From IMG/VR virus record IMGVR_UViG_3300021399_000109, positions 30,710-94,709 of that record: a stretch of DNA of 64,000 nt. The stretch is one strand, 5' to 3'. The notes beneath the pieces are model-generated. The model did no database searches. It was not told the origin of the DNA and saw nothing but the letters and a program-made list of their open reading frames with translations. The stretch's first letter is position 1, and each line of letters opens with the position of its first letter. The translations under genes and the position numbers were made by a program. The stretch is from a virus (Duplodnaviria > Heunggongvirae > Uroviricota > Caudoviricetes). This document shows, in pieces, positions 1 through 13,562 of the stretch.

Positions 1-3000
1 AATAGCATCTCTTTGGGCTTCTAAAAGTTCATTTCTACGGTCAAGCAAATCTTGATTATAAGGGTCTTTAGCTATATCCTTTTCAATATTTTTTAATTCA
101 GCCGCATATCTAGCAGATTCATTTAAATAGGTATCATATTGAATGGCAAGCGTTCCCATTCTGGCACTACCTAATTTAGTATATTCGCCAGTTTCTTCCT
201 CAAAAGATTTACCTTCTTCAAGTAATTCATTTAACCATTCAGTTTCATCTGCTATTTGTCCAATTCTGTCAAGCGTCTTATCAAATCTTTCCCATTCATA
301 TTCACGAATAGTATTTTGATATTCTATTACATTATTTTCAGCTTCTGCAATAGCTTGAGATACCTCATCAATAGAATCACACATCTCATACCATTGTTCT
401 GACCATTTAGCAATTGTATTACTATTAGTAGCTTGTTCTAATTCAGTCACTAATTGATTATATTCTCGTTTAAGAACGTTTATTCTGGCTTCTTCAGTGT
501 CACGCATAATACCTGCATAATAACCAGACATCAAACGTCCAGATTTTTCTGCTCGGTCAGACAATGTTTCCATCATTTCAATTCTGAAATCAAGGTCTTG
601 AAGTCTTTCTTCATACCAAGTTTGATAATTATCAAATCTTTGTGCTACTAGTTCTTTTTCTCGTTCTTTTAATTCTGTAATAGAAGTTTGACATTGAACA
701 ACTTTATTATAATACTCTTGATATTTTTGAATTTTTTCTTTTAATTTATCATCCTTAATATCTTCAATTCTTAACTCGCCTTTTTTAATTTTATTAATAT
801 AAGTTTGAGATAAACCAATTTTATTTAAATAATTGTTATATGTTTCAATTGCCCTCTTTTGAAGGTCAATTTCTTCTCCAACTTTAATTAAATCTTTATT
901 TAAATTATTATTACGAGTGTCCCAAGTATTATAAACACTATCTATTATAGAATCAAGTTGCGCAATAGCTTCTTCAATGCGTTGAATTTTAACTTCTACC
1001 CAATCGAAGGTTTCTGCTGTATTATTATTGTTATTGTTATTATTACTAGATTTCTTATTAGAATTATTATTTCCACCACCAGATTTTTTATTTCCACTAG
1101 ATTTATTTGCCTTATTTGTAGTTGTTTTTTTAGTAGTACGTCCTGCTCCAGTACCTAATGAAAACGCATCTCCAGTAGTTCCCATTGCATGTGAGAATCC
1201 ACCAACTAGTACACCTCTACTATTAGAAACATATCCTTTTTTAAGAAGTTCTTCAGTTTGTTCATGATTAAGAACAATATCCCCTTTTTCTAAATGTGTG
1301 AATCCCATATTTCCATTATTGGCAATTCTCCATTTACCATCATGAATAATAAGTTCTTCACCCAATTCATTTATTAAAGCATCTTCATCTTGAGGGACTC
1401 CCCAATTACCTGAATATCTTCCATTAGCATAAGCGTTATTTCGACTAAATTTTGTTATTGTACCATAAGCATGAGCAGTTCCATTATATCGAGGAATATT
1501 GCTAGGCATTCCTGCTCTACTACCTGTGTATATAGTCTTCTTTTCCGTGATTTGTTGTATGTAGGTTTTAATCGTTTTCCCTGATAAATTTGCTAAATTT
1601 TTTGCTAAATCTTTAGCCCCTGTAGTAGCAGAAGATAAACCACTAACTGTAACATTACTACGAACAGAAGGAGGAATAGCGTCTAAAGAACTAATATAAC
1701 TTTTTACTCGTTTTTTCTCTCCATCTGAATTAGTAATAAAACGAGTATCTCTATCTTTAGTGGCTTCTCCTAACACTTCCCCATATTCATTAGCTTCTGC
1801 TTCTGCTTCTTCGCTGTCAACATTCATTGTAGTATTTGTTTCATTAGGTACACCTTCAGCCGCTTCTGTAACAGTATTAATTGCTTCAATAGCAACTGTT
1901 TCTCCGTTCATAGTAAATTGAACTTCAATAACCACATGTTGACCATCCATACCCTTTGTAGGGTCTTGTGGGGTATCTGTTTCAGTGTTAAGATGTAAGG
2001 TAACTTCCTCTTCTTCAAATTGTTGCTTTATTTGTTCAGCTTTTTCTTCAGGAGTTAATTCATCAAAATCAGCAGTAAAATGTAATCCTATTTCATTTAA
2101 TTCATCACTAGAAAAAGTAGCTAAAGTATTATAAAAATCTTGTTGGGCACTATTCAATTCAGATTCAAAATCAGAAGTATCTAAACCTAATCGACTAGCT
2201 TCATTTAATCTATTTTGTTTTAAAAGGAAATCGTCAAGAAGAACTCCAACCTGCTGATATTTTTCTGACACAGTAGATAAATCTACACCCATATCTCCCA
2301 TTTGAGAATCAGCTAAAAATCTTGCCCTTTTTTCTATTAAAACATCTAATTGAGAATTAGCATAATTTAAAGCCGCAAAAGTTTGAGGGTCATTTAAATC
2401 ACTATTTTTAAGTGTTTCAATAGTTTCTTGAATTTCTTTTACTTTATTATCAAATTCAGGTGTTTTTCCATCTTTCCCTTCAACATCAACAGATAAAACA
2501 TTAAAGTCGAACTTTTCAGCATCTCCACCAAGTCTTATAAGTTCTGCCCTCATATTAACCATTTCTTGCGTTAAACCTTGCAATCCTGGCAGGGCATCTG
2601 TCATTTGAACTTCAAAACCTGCATCTTGAGCCGCCTGAATAATAGCTTGAAGAAGTGATAAATCTACTCCAAGCATATCAGCTACTTTTTGGTCTCCACC
2701 TAAAATATCAAAATCAAACGAATAAATACCTGCTTCATCAACTGATACTAATTGGTCAAGAATAGCATCTCCCAATTCAGGCATTTCTTGTTTAGCTTTC
2801 GCTTTAACAACATCTAAGAAGTTAAAAATACCTTCACTTGTAGATTTCCCATTATCATCTACAGTAAAGAAATCTTTCATTGAATAACTAGTATTAGCAA
2901 CTTTATCATCTAATTCATTAAATTTAGCTATAACCTTATCAACGGGTGCAGTCATCATGTCTTCTTTGGTAAACATATTTACATATGCTCTAACATCATC

Positions 3001-6000
3001 CTGACCACCCCATCCACGTTTAATTAAATCTTTAGCCGTATCATAACCAGTTTGGATGTTTTCATATTTAGCATTTTCATTAGCTGAAGACTGTGCGTTA
3101 ACATACTGATTATAAGCAGAGGTTAATGCTGAATATTGAGCCATTTCTCTTTCTAAAGCATTAATATTTTCTTCAATACCCTCTTTACGTCTATTTTCAG
3201 CATTAATTTCATCTAATATAGATGTATCTCCTTGTTCATATTGGGCTTTTAAACCTTTTAAGGCTTCTTTACTATCTGAAAGTTGCTTTTGTAATTCATC
3301 ATATTGTTTACTTTGCTGTTTAACTTTAGACTTTTGATATTCTTTATTTAATTTTCTTAATTCTTTTTGGTTTAAATGTATACCGTTTGCTGTTGATTCA
3401 AATAACTCAGAAGCATCATAACCTGCCAAATCTTTATATAAAGCTTCTACATTTGTCACTTCTTCGGAAGATAAACCAGTCACACCATTAGAAGAAGCTA
3501 TGGCAGAATTTAAACTATTTATAGCGGCGGTTTCTTCTTCAATATTTAAAGTGGCTTGATAAGCACCTGCGGCAGTATCTCGTAAACCTTTAGAAAATTC
3601 TTGCTGAATCTCAGCATCAGATAAACTATCTATTTTTGAAAAAGCATTCGCATAGGCTTTAGCTTCATCATAGCTATAGTTCTCAAATTGTTCCATATAT
3701 TTTTGATAACCAAAACTATTAGGGTCTAATAACCATTTTTGTTGTAATATATCACTAAAACCTTTTGTTAAATCGCCCCTACCTTGGTCATCAAATATAG
3801 AATTAAAAAGGTCTATACTTGCGTCTTCACCAATTTCTTCTTTAAATTGGTCTACAAAAACTTGACGATAAAAACCAGCAATATCTTGGAACTCTTTCAT
3901 AGTTTTTGCATTTGCTAAATTACCTTTTCCAGAGCCAAGGTTTAACATATCAGCATAGACATCCCTAAAAGTATTTATATCTTTTAAGTTACCTAATTTA
4001 TAATATTCTGTAATAAAATCATCAATTGATTTTCCTGTTTTTTGGGCTAAATCATCTAATGTTTTATATGCTCCTTCAATATTACCAAAACCTTTAAGGA
4101 CTTCTATTTCGTGCATGGCTTCGCCTGCTTCATCTCCTGCACCCGCTATAAGGTTTCTTCCACCATTTTCTTTACTGTCATATTTCAAAATAGTATCTAT
4201 AGTTATGGCTTCATCATTTTCATTAGCTTTATCAATAATACCTCTAATATAATCCATGACAGTATCTTTATCTAACACTTCGCCATCTTCTGTAACTGTA
4301 GCAAAAGATAATGTTATTTGTTCACCATTACCTATATCGAAATCATCAGAACGTCCAAGAACGGTAGATGTTGTATCTCTAAAATATTCAGCTAATTCTT
4401 CTTCAGATTTATCATACCAAGTTTGTAAATTTTTAAAATTCTTATTTTTAGTAGGGTCTTCTCCCCAATCAATTGTTCTATCTGTACTAAGGTTAACACC
4501 CCCTACTTTTACTTCATCTTGATTTATAAGGTCTATAACGTCTTGTTGTTTATAACCTAATTTTTCTAATTCATTAAGCGAATTTTCATAATCATCTATT
4601 ACATAGTCTAAATTATCTTGATTTAATATATTTTGCCATTGTTCGTCAAAAACAGATTCATTACTATTTAAAGCATTATTAGCAAGTTCAACAAGGTCAT
4701 TGATATAATTATAATAACTTTCATAATCCTCAAAGCCTAATAATGTTTCTCTGTCCATGTTATTAATAGCTGAAGTAACAAAACCTTGTTGAGTTTCATT
4801 TAAATCCCAATAACTATCATTAGCTATGGCGAAAGATTGTGCCATAGTTCTCATTCGTTGAGATACTTCTTCAGAAGATGCTTCTGCTTCATCCACCAAT
4901 GCTTTAAACTTATTCATTGTTTCATTAAAAGAAGCATCATCCATATCAACTGAAAAACCATACTCTATTAAAGTATCATATTCTGAAGCTTTTGCCAATT
5001 CTTCTGGAGTATGAGTTTTTTTAGCAAATTCTACTCTGTCATAGCGATTTTCTGTTAATATCCTATTAACTTCAGCTTTAGCGTCTGGACTACTTAATAT
5101 TGAATCAAATATCTCTTTATCTTTATTCTGTATAGGTCTTTCTAAAGTTTTATAATGTTGGAAATCATCCCAAATAGACCGAGCATCTTCACCATTTTCT
5201 CCACCTTGAATTAAAGTTCTGGCGGCAGTTATTTGTTCTTGTTTATAAGCTTCTGTTAATTGTTCTACATTACCTTTAAGTTTAAGAATAGCATTACCTT
5301 GAGTATCATATCCAGAAACTAATCTAGGATACATATTTGCAATATCATTACAAATAGAAAGATATTCGCTATATTCTTCATTTGTTAATGTGAGATTTTG
5401 ATTATTAGCAAGATTAACTCCTCTAGATAATTCTTCATATCTTCCACTTAATTCTTCTGCTCTTGCTTTATTAGCATTACTATTTTTTTGAGAAGTTTGA
5501 TAATCACTCACAAGTGTTTTAGCTTCTTCTCTAGTTTCTTTTAAAGAAAGATTGGCTTTGTCTATAGCATTACTAATACCTTTGAATACTATGTATATTG
5601 TTCCAATTGCTCCTGCAATTAAAGCTAAATAACCCACTATAGGTAATAAAGATGATATAGAAGTGCCTATATTAGTTACAATTTTTCCTATGCCAGAAGA
5701 AGCAAGTCCTTTAAAAATACCTTCTTCAGCACCTTTTACTACAGAATCTCCTGCGGCTTCGCTTAAAGCCCCTTCTAAAACTTCTGTAGATGTTACTTCA
5801 GATGTTACTTCTCCTGCTCCTTTAATAGCTGTTTCTGTAGCTCCCTCAAGTCCACCTGTAAGAAGTCCTTTAATACCCCCTTTAGTATTAAATTGGAGTA
5901 AACTATTAACAAGTCCACCAAATAAAGAATTATTTTTACCATATCCAGTAGAACCAATAATTAGCCATTTTACAATATCTAATCCTGCTATTGCTAATAA

Positions 6001-6606
6001 TGCTGTTTTAACTAATCCTAAGTTATTAACAATTTTTAATATACCAGTTCCTAAATCAATAACTCCATTTACAAATTCTCTAGTTGATGCATTAGCCCAA
6101 AGTTCTTCCCAAGCGTTCTTTAATTTAATTAAGTGTCCTTCAACGCTATTCATATATTTTTCATTTTCAATAGCGGCTGAGCCTTGTGCATCTGTAGCTT
6201 CAGCATAAGCTTCTTTAAGCATCTCTGGAGATTGCAATATGCTTGCGGCTATTGACGCACGATTCTTTCCTGCAATCGTTTCTAACAGTAAGTTTGCTTG
6301 TTTAGTACCATATTGTTTATCTTTTTCTACAATTTCATCATAAATTTCTGCTATTTCTAAAAGAATATCATATGTACTTTTATATGCTCCTACATCATTT
6401 AAAATATCAATACCTTTATTATTATTGCTATCAACTTTAGTAGCTTGCATAATAACATCTCTAAGTTTAGAGACATTCTTAATCATACCCTCTACTTCTT
6501 CTCCATCAGCTTCAAGTTCTTCAGCAGAAGCTTCTGTACCAGTTAAACGTAATGCAATGGTACGCATTGCTTTACCCACCTTGGAAGGGTCTTGGGTGAT
6601 TCTATT
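1..6606 (-). CDS. Tape measure protein, 3' exon (runs off window start)
   Basis: Absent from ORF track because its stop lies outside the window. Reads NRITQDPSKVGKAMRTIALRLTG from 6606, continuing the TP901-type core of the upstream ORF. Spot-translated segments (e.g. ETIAGKNRASIAASIL; ...LLEAQRDAI at base 1) are in the same frame. Confidence 0.9.
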
Positions 6607-8189
6607 CAATTTTTATTAATATATAATACGCATTATTATATATAAAACTATGACTCTGGAAAAATTATAATATTATTTTTTTTAAAGTAAGAAAGCAATA
6701 CCTCTTTTTCATTATACCTTTCCCAATAAGGGATTCGAATTAATTTAATATTATTTTTAATACAATAATCTGTTTTAATTTTATCATGTTTAGTTAATAT
6801 TTCATAATCTTTTGTCCCATCACTATTCTTTCCACGAGGAATAGGATGGTAATGTTGTTCCCCATCAAATTCTATTAAAATATTATATTGTGGTAAATAG
6901 AAATCAAAAGGTAATACATGGACATCTTTACAGTCGGCAAAAGTTTTCTGAGATATATATTCAATTCCCCACAAATCTAATAATTCTTTAATTCTTTTTT
7001 CTCCAATAGACGAATAGCAATTTGGACATCTAGTATTTTTTTCTTTAACTAGACTATTATACGTTGCTTGCCATAAATTTCCACACTTTTTACATTTACA
7101 ACTAACATAATCTCCCGACTTATCTGGAACAATTAAATATTCTATCTCTTTATTTCGACTTTCTAATATTTTTCTTTTTCTATGTACGGGAATTAATCTG
7201 CTCTGTTTTACTTTTTCTCTACCACATAAATAACACCCATAACCAGATAGAAGATTAGAAGGAGATGATTTCCATGTGTAATTATGAATTATACATAAAC
7301 ATTCTATCTTTTCTTTTGCATTTTTATACTTTCCTAAAATTTTAATATTTCCATCAAAAATATTTTCTATTTGCTCATTAAATTTCTCTGGAGTCTTAAA
7401 ATTAGGATTACAATATTTACAACATTTCTTTTTTTGTTTAATAGAAGTCCATAAAGAATCTTGAACCCCTAACTCTTCATGTTTTAAACAAATATAATTA
7501 ATTCTTGTATAACCATTTTTACTATATTTACCTATATATTTATATCCGTTAGCTTCAGTAGCTTCTCTATATATAGGTTCAGGAAGTATTTCGGGTGGAG
7601 TCCCATTTTCGTACATACAATATGGACAATATCTCCCCCTAATAAAATTACTATAACGTATTTTTTGAACTCCCCTATTTTCATGTTTTTTACAAATATA
7701 TTGTAATTCAGACTGAATATTTCTATATTCAGTAGATACTAAGATATATCCTTTATTATTAAATTCCTTTTTTATATCATCATATTTATATTTTTTACCC
7801 ATTGTCATAATTTTTTCTTTACCTTTCAATAAAGTTTAGACCATTTTTTAACTCTTCGTCTTTACGTTAAGAGCCACACCTTTTCCATTTAAGGGGTTCT
7901 CACCCACTCCATATACGATTTGAGCCGTACTCCTATTGTTATTATTTATATTAATAACCCTACATGGGGATGGTCGTTGAGCGTTTCCCATATTATGATA
8001 ACATAAAATTCACTTTTATGCAAGCATAATTTAGGGACTTCGTTGCGAATTAGCCATTGTAACATCTTTACCTTTTTAATCCTTCATATAGTAGTTTCCC
8101 CTATATTGTGGCGTAAAGCTTTAGGCAATCAACGCAGTTAAATGTGTTCTATAAAAATATGTTTCCATATTTTTCAGGCATAAAATCAT
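6607..8189 (-). mobile_element. Group I intron (1583 nt) with endonuclease ORF, in tape measure gene
   Basis: 5' exon ends GCAGGU and intron ends in G (6607). P1 GCAGGU/GCCUG has the U.G pair, and a 9-bp P10 forms with the 3' exon. P, Q, R, S-like elements at 8118-8139, 8038-8055, 7971-7982 (GCUCAACGACCA) and 7838-7848 (AAAAAUGGUCU); P7 GACCA/UGGUC. Splicing restores VTAG|NRITQD in frame. Confidence 0.9.
6648..7829 (-). CDS. Intron-encoded putative homing endonuclease (CxxC repeats + Vsr/DUF559-like nuclease domain)
   Basis: Repeated C-x-x-H/CPYC units; C-terminal GEKRIKELL...LPFDFYLP...IEFDGEQHY...LIRIPYW. Lies wholly inside the intron, 3' of the S element. True start may be ATG at 7808. 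Confidence 0.8.
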   Translation of the reverse strand: MKGKEKIMTMGKKYKYDDIKKEFNNKGYILVSTEYRNIQSELQYICKKHENRGVQKIRYSNFIRGRYCPYCMYENGTPPEILPEPIYREATEANGYKYIGKYSKNGYTRINYICLKHEELGVQDSLWTSIKQKKKCCKYCNPNFKTPEKFNEQIENIFDGNIKILGKYKNAKEKIECLCIIHNYTWKSSPSNLLSGYGCYLCGREKVKQSRLIPVHRKRKILESRNKEIEYLIVPDKSGDYVSCKCKKCGNLWQATYNSLVKEKNTRCPNCYSSIGEKRIKELLDLWGIEYISQKTFADCKDVHVLPFDFYLPQYNILIEFDGEQHYHPIPRGKNSDGTKDYEILTKHDKIKTDYCIKNNIKLIRIPYWERYNEKEVLLSYFKKNNIIIFPES

Positions 8190-11100
8190 ACCTGCGGTAA
8201 CTAATGCGGCGGCTTCATAGAAATCATTTCCTGCTGTTGTTAAAGAAGCCGCACCATCTTGTAAAGCTGTTGCAAGTCCTTCAGTTGAAATCGGGAAATC
8301 GTTACCTAATTTATTGATAACATCAATAATTTCTGTATTACTAAGTTCATCATAAGCTTGGGACATTGCTATTAATGCTGTTGAAGCATCTTTAGCAGAT
8401 TCAAATTCAGATACATTAAATAAAATATTAGCGGCTTGTGCAGAATCAGTAGCTTCTTCTAAACTTTGACCTAATCTCATAAATTCAGCAACAGATTGTT
8501 GTAATGAAAGAGCATCAGTACCAATACTATCAGCTAAATCAAAACTTGTTTGTTGAAATTCTTTTAGTGTACCAATAGTTTCATTACTAACTTTTTGCAT
8601 TTCTGCTAAAGCTGAATCAAAATCTTTAAAAATAGTAAGTCCTCGTTTAATTTGATTAATAATAGCCCAAAAACTCATATAAGTCATCAATGAAGCGGCT
8701 AAATTTCGAACCCTAAATTGAATTACATCTAAAAATGTTCTACCTGTATTACCTGCTTCTATTTCTGCTTTACGAATGTTATAAAAACCTTGTTCTATAT
8801 CTTTTAAACCTTTAGTATTTACACCGGAATTTAAAATTCTTAAATATTCTTGTAAACTCTGTTTAGCTTCTTCAGATAAACCATGATTTTTCATTAAGAA
8901 ATCAGAAATTCTTTCAGACAGTCGAGTTCCGTCTGCTGTTTTAAAATTTTTACTATCTCTTTGTATCCCTTTAATTTTATTTAAAACATCATCTAATTGA
9001 GTATCAAATAATATTATTTCTTGTTCATCTAAAACATCTAAAGGTTTTTGAGATAATTGTGCTTTTAAATCAGCTAATCTAGTTAATTGCCCATCTAATT
9101 GTTCTATTAAAGGAGAAGCATTTGTAAAATCATTTGTTGAGTATGTTGCTTTTAATTCATTTATTTTATTAATAATACCATCTATTTGTTGAAATCTATC
9201 TGTATTTAAAGCAGTATTGAAATTCTGATTAGATTGATTAGTTCTTTGTTCATATTGAGTTTTTAAAGTATTAGCCGCACTCATAGAAGCCGCATTATTA
9301 TTTCTTTCTATGGCTTGAGTATTTTTATCTATACTAGCGGAATATTCATCTATTTTTAATTTTAAATCCGCTATAGCTTTTCCTCTATTAAGAGTAGGAG
9401 AAGACATTTGGTCTAGTTCTAATTTATGTAATTTTTCTTCTGCTTTATATAAATTATCATAATCACTTTGTAATTGTTTTAAACTATCTCTATCTTCGTT
9501 AAGAGGAAGTCTTTGAACTTGTCCAACAAAATCATTAGAAGCTTGAGTAACATCAGCACGTTGCCAAAGTTCTTTTGGTTTATTTAATAATTTTTCATTT
9601 AATCGTTCTGCTCTATTTTCAAGTTCTGTAATTCTTCTTAAATCCTCTCCATCTAAGAAACCATTACTTTGTTTTTTACTCATTAATTGCTGATATTCAG
9701 AAAGAACACTATATAATTCTTTATAAGTTTCTATGACTTCTTTCGCATTTGCCTTTTCTTTGTTATAATTTTCTATATCTTTACGTTCTTGGTCTACTGT
9801 TAGATTTTTATCTAAATATTTATTTTCAGCTTCTTGTACCCTAGAATCTTTCCATAATTCTCCTTGTTTTTGATTATATTCAGTTAATAAATTAATAGCT
9901 TGCTCATATTCTTCATTTAATTTATCAAGCCTATCTTTTTCCGAATCGGTCATACTTTCTCCCGACCGTTCTTTATCTCTTAACGCATAATATTGTCTAG
10001 TTTTTTCTGTTAAAACACCATAAGCATTAACTATTTTTTCAATATCACTTTCACGTTGTTCTTGAGCAACTTGAGTGTTTCTTTCATTATAATTAGTTTC
10101 TGCTTCTTGAACATTTTGCCTTTGCCAATATCCTGCATTATTTTGTTTATTATCCTGAATAATTTTTAAAGCTTCTTCTCTTTGTTTTTTTAATTCATCA
10201 AATCTATCTCTCCTTGAAGCAGACTTTAATTCTCCTGAAGAAGCTTTATTTTCTAATTCATTATACTCTCTAGCTGTTTTTGTTAATAATTCATAAGCTT
10301 GTATTAATTTTTTAATATTATTTTCTTCTTTTTCATGTTGATTGGGTTGAGTAGGTTGCGGTTGTGGTTGTGGTCTTTGTTGGGATTGAGGTTGAGTAGG
10401 TTGTGATTGAACAGGTTGAGTGGGTTGTGATTGCGGTCTTTGTTGAGGTCTTTGTTGGGATTGAGGCTGTGGCTGTGGTTGAGCAGGTTGAGGTTGAGTA
10501 GGTTGAGGTTTTTGTTTTTGTTCTTTTTTAGGTTTTGGTTGAGGTTTTTGTTGAGGTTGTGGCTGTGGTTGTGGCAAATCATTAATTTCTAATTGTTTAA
10601 AGAAATCAATTAAAGCATTATGATTATTAGCGATTTCTGTAGCTTTAGCATAATCGCCATTTACAATAGCGTCTATATATTCTTTTAGATTGTTATAAAT
10701 GTCTTTAATGTTAAAATTTTGTAAAGCATATAAATTTTGTTCATTAGGAATAGCAGGTAAAAAATTTTCTATTTCGGACTTTATTCGTTCCATATCTCCA
10801 TCTTGTAAAGAAGCTGAAGCCCCTTTTAAAAAATTTTGAATATGATTAATTAGACTTTCCCTTATAGCTTGAAATGCTGTAATATCTTGACTATTATTAC
10901 GATGACTTATTTCTTTACCTAAATCAGAATGTAAAATTTCTTGAAAAGCTTGTTCATTTTTTTCAATAATAAGCTTAACTTCTAAAGCTTGTTTTTTTAT
11001 TGTTGTGAACATATTTTTAAAATTTTCACGTAATGTTTTATTATCAAATGCTTTATTATCACCTTCTAATTTAATACTATTTAAATTTATATCTTTTAAT

Positions 11101-13544
11101 TCTCCTTGGAAATCATTTACATAAGAAACAATTAATGTTTTTAATCTTTCTTTTACTTCAGCTATATTCGCTTTAATTTGTTCTGAATTTTGTGGAGAAT
11201 TAATCATATCTAAATTTAATTGATTTAAAGTATTATAATCCTCTACTATTTTTTTCCCTACTATTTTTTTATCTGTAGAATATAATAAGTCTTTTCCTGT
11301 TTTACCTTTTGAAAATTCTATGTTATCGAAATTTTTTCTATTTTGATTAATTATTTGTAAAGAGTCAAAATATCTTTTTAAATCAATTTCTCCACTCTCT
11401 CCACCTAAAGAAATTCCTCTGATTTTATTAAATAATTCCATTAAATTATTTAATAATTCAATAAGTCTTTTTATATCACCTTCTGATTTTCCTACATCCA
11501 TATAGCCAACAGCATGTCCAATATCTATTATAGCATTTTTAACATCTGCGGCTTTTTGTTGAACACTATCTAATGATGTATTAACCTCAGTTACAGCTTC
11601 AGAAGCTTCATGGGATTCTTTTTCTAAAGTATCCATAGCCTGAGAAGCTGTTTCTGTACCTGTTTGATTTTTTACTTCTTTTGTCACTTCTTGACTGGTT
11701 CTAACTTGTTCTTCAGCTTTTTTTTCTTCTATTAATGCTTTTTTTCTATATTCTAATCCTTTTTCAAAATCAAGATTCTTACCAAATTTTTCATCCCAAT
11801 CTTTATAACCTAAAGACATTAATTCTTGTTTTATTTCACTTATTTTTTGTTTTAATTTTTCATATGCTTGTGTATATTTTTCAGGGTCTTGAATTTTTTC
11901 TAATTGTTCAGAAGGTTTTTTTAAATCTTTCTCTAATTTTTCTATCCTTTTTTGCCGTAAATCTTCATAAATACCTTCTTTATTTAATCTTGTAAAACCC
12001 CTTTGTTGAAATAAATTATCTGTTTCAACTCCAAGTTCTTTTAACTTATTTATTAATTCATTTACTTCATTTTCAATTGCTTCATATGCCTGTAAATAAT
12101 TTTTAGGGTCAGAATTTTTTTGAACTACAGAAGCTAATCCAGAGTTTAATTCTTTAAGTCTATTTTTAACATTAGCTATTTGTTGAGTGGTAGCTTGTTC
12201 ATCAAGTCTAGATTGTTTTCCCTTTTCTAAATCTAAATTTTTTTCATATTTAGATTCCCAACTCATTCCTTTATTTTGAGTTGTTTCATCTTTTTGTAAT
12301 AAAGGATAAAATTTTAAATATTCTTCTTTAGCTTTAGCAATTTCAGTAGCTAATTTTTTATATTCTTCTACATATTTATTAGGGTCTTTTACTTTATTTA
12401 ATTTTTTTTCTATTTTATCAACATCCCCTACAGCTTTTAATCTCTGTTTTTCTCTTATTTGCTCTTCTTCTCTTTTTTTCATTTCTTCTGCTCTTTGTTG
12501 TTCTGCTAATGTTTGTTTATTTTCTTCTTCTTTTAAATATTTCCAAGCATTAGCCATCTTAGGAGCAATTTTTTCTAACTCTTCTAAAGTGCCTCCTAAT
12601 TCTGTGTAGGCTCTAATCATTTCATACACGTTTTCTTTTTCCATTATACTTGCATTAGTTTTTACTTGTTGTGTCGTTCCAAGCATTTTTATTTTTTCTA
12701 TTTTAGCTAATTCTTGTTCCATTTTTTCTTTTTCTGTCAATTCTTTAGAAGAAGAATCTGAAGTAGCAGGAACTGTTGTTGGTTTAGGTGTTATTGGTTT
12801 AGTTGTTGTCGAAGGTTTTTGGGTAGAATCATTTTTATTATTCTTTTTATTATTAGTATTTTGAGAATTAGATGCTATTTTATCCTGTTCTTCTTTAAGT
12901 TCTTTTAAATTTTCTGTTGCTTTTTTTGCTTCTTCTCCTACTTTTTCTAATCCATCTGCTTGTTCTTTTAAAGCAATATTTAATTTTCCATTAGCTAAAT
13001 CATCTGTAACTTGTTTAATCTCTTTAATATCCGTATGGATTTCATCTAATTTACTTTCTAAATCAGAAGCTTGCCCAGTTCCTTCTCCTACATTTTTCCC
13101 AATATTAGCAATAGCATTTTTAATCATTTTATTTTTGTCTTCGCCATTACCCTTTTCTATTTGAGAAGCTTCTCTTAATAATTTTTCTACTTGTGTATTA
13201 TTAAAATGACCAATAATTGTTTTTTCTTGTTCTGAATTATTTCCTAATTGTCTATTTAATATACCAATTTTATTTATAAGATTATCTATATTAGAAATAG
13301 CAGTAGTTACATCTGCCCCGTTTAAGCTTTCTGCTAATAAAGAATCAATATTTAAGCCTTCTTTAAAATCTGTATTTAATTTATCTGCTAATTCTCTTAT
13401 TTTTTTTTCAAAATCTTTATTGTTTTCTAATTCTGCATTAAGTTCAATTTTATTATCTAAAGCCATTTTTTTTAATGCTTTAGCAATTTCTCCTGTATCT
13501 TTTAAATAAAATTGTAAACCTATCCGTTTAACAGCATCAGCCAT
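8190..13544 (-). CDS. Tape measure protein, 5' exon (1785 codons)
   Basis: Long coiled-coil ORF with strong RBS. TP901-family core at its end (DFDSALAEMQKVS...IIDVINKLGNDFPISTEGLATAL...AAALVTAG). The ORF-track tail MILCLKN...LIA is intron sequence. Confidence 0.9.
10341..10576 (-). repeat. Pro/Gln-rich tandem low-complexity tract within tape measure
   Basis: Degenerate CAACC(T/G/A)-type units encoding QPQPQ, QPTQPQ and QQRPQ repeats. Confidence 0.9.
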
Positions 13545-13562
13545 AAATACCTCCTTTCTTTA

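Noticed and set aside
10304-10582. 92-aa minus-strand ORF rich in N/L/H/K
   Set aside because: Alternative frame of the Pro/Gln repeat in the tape measure.
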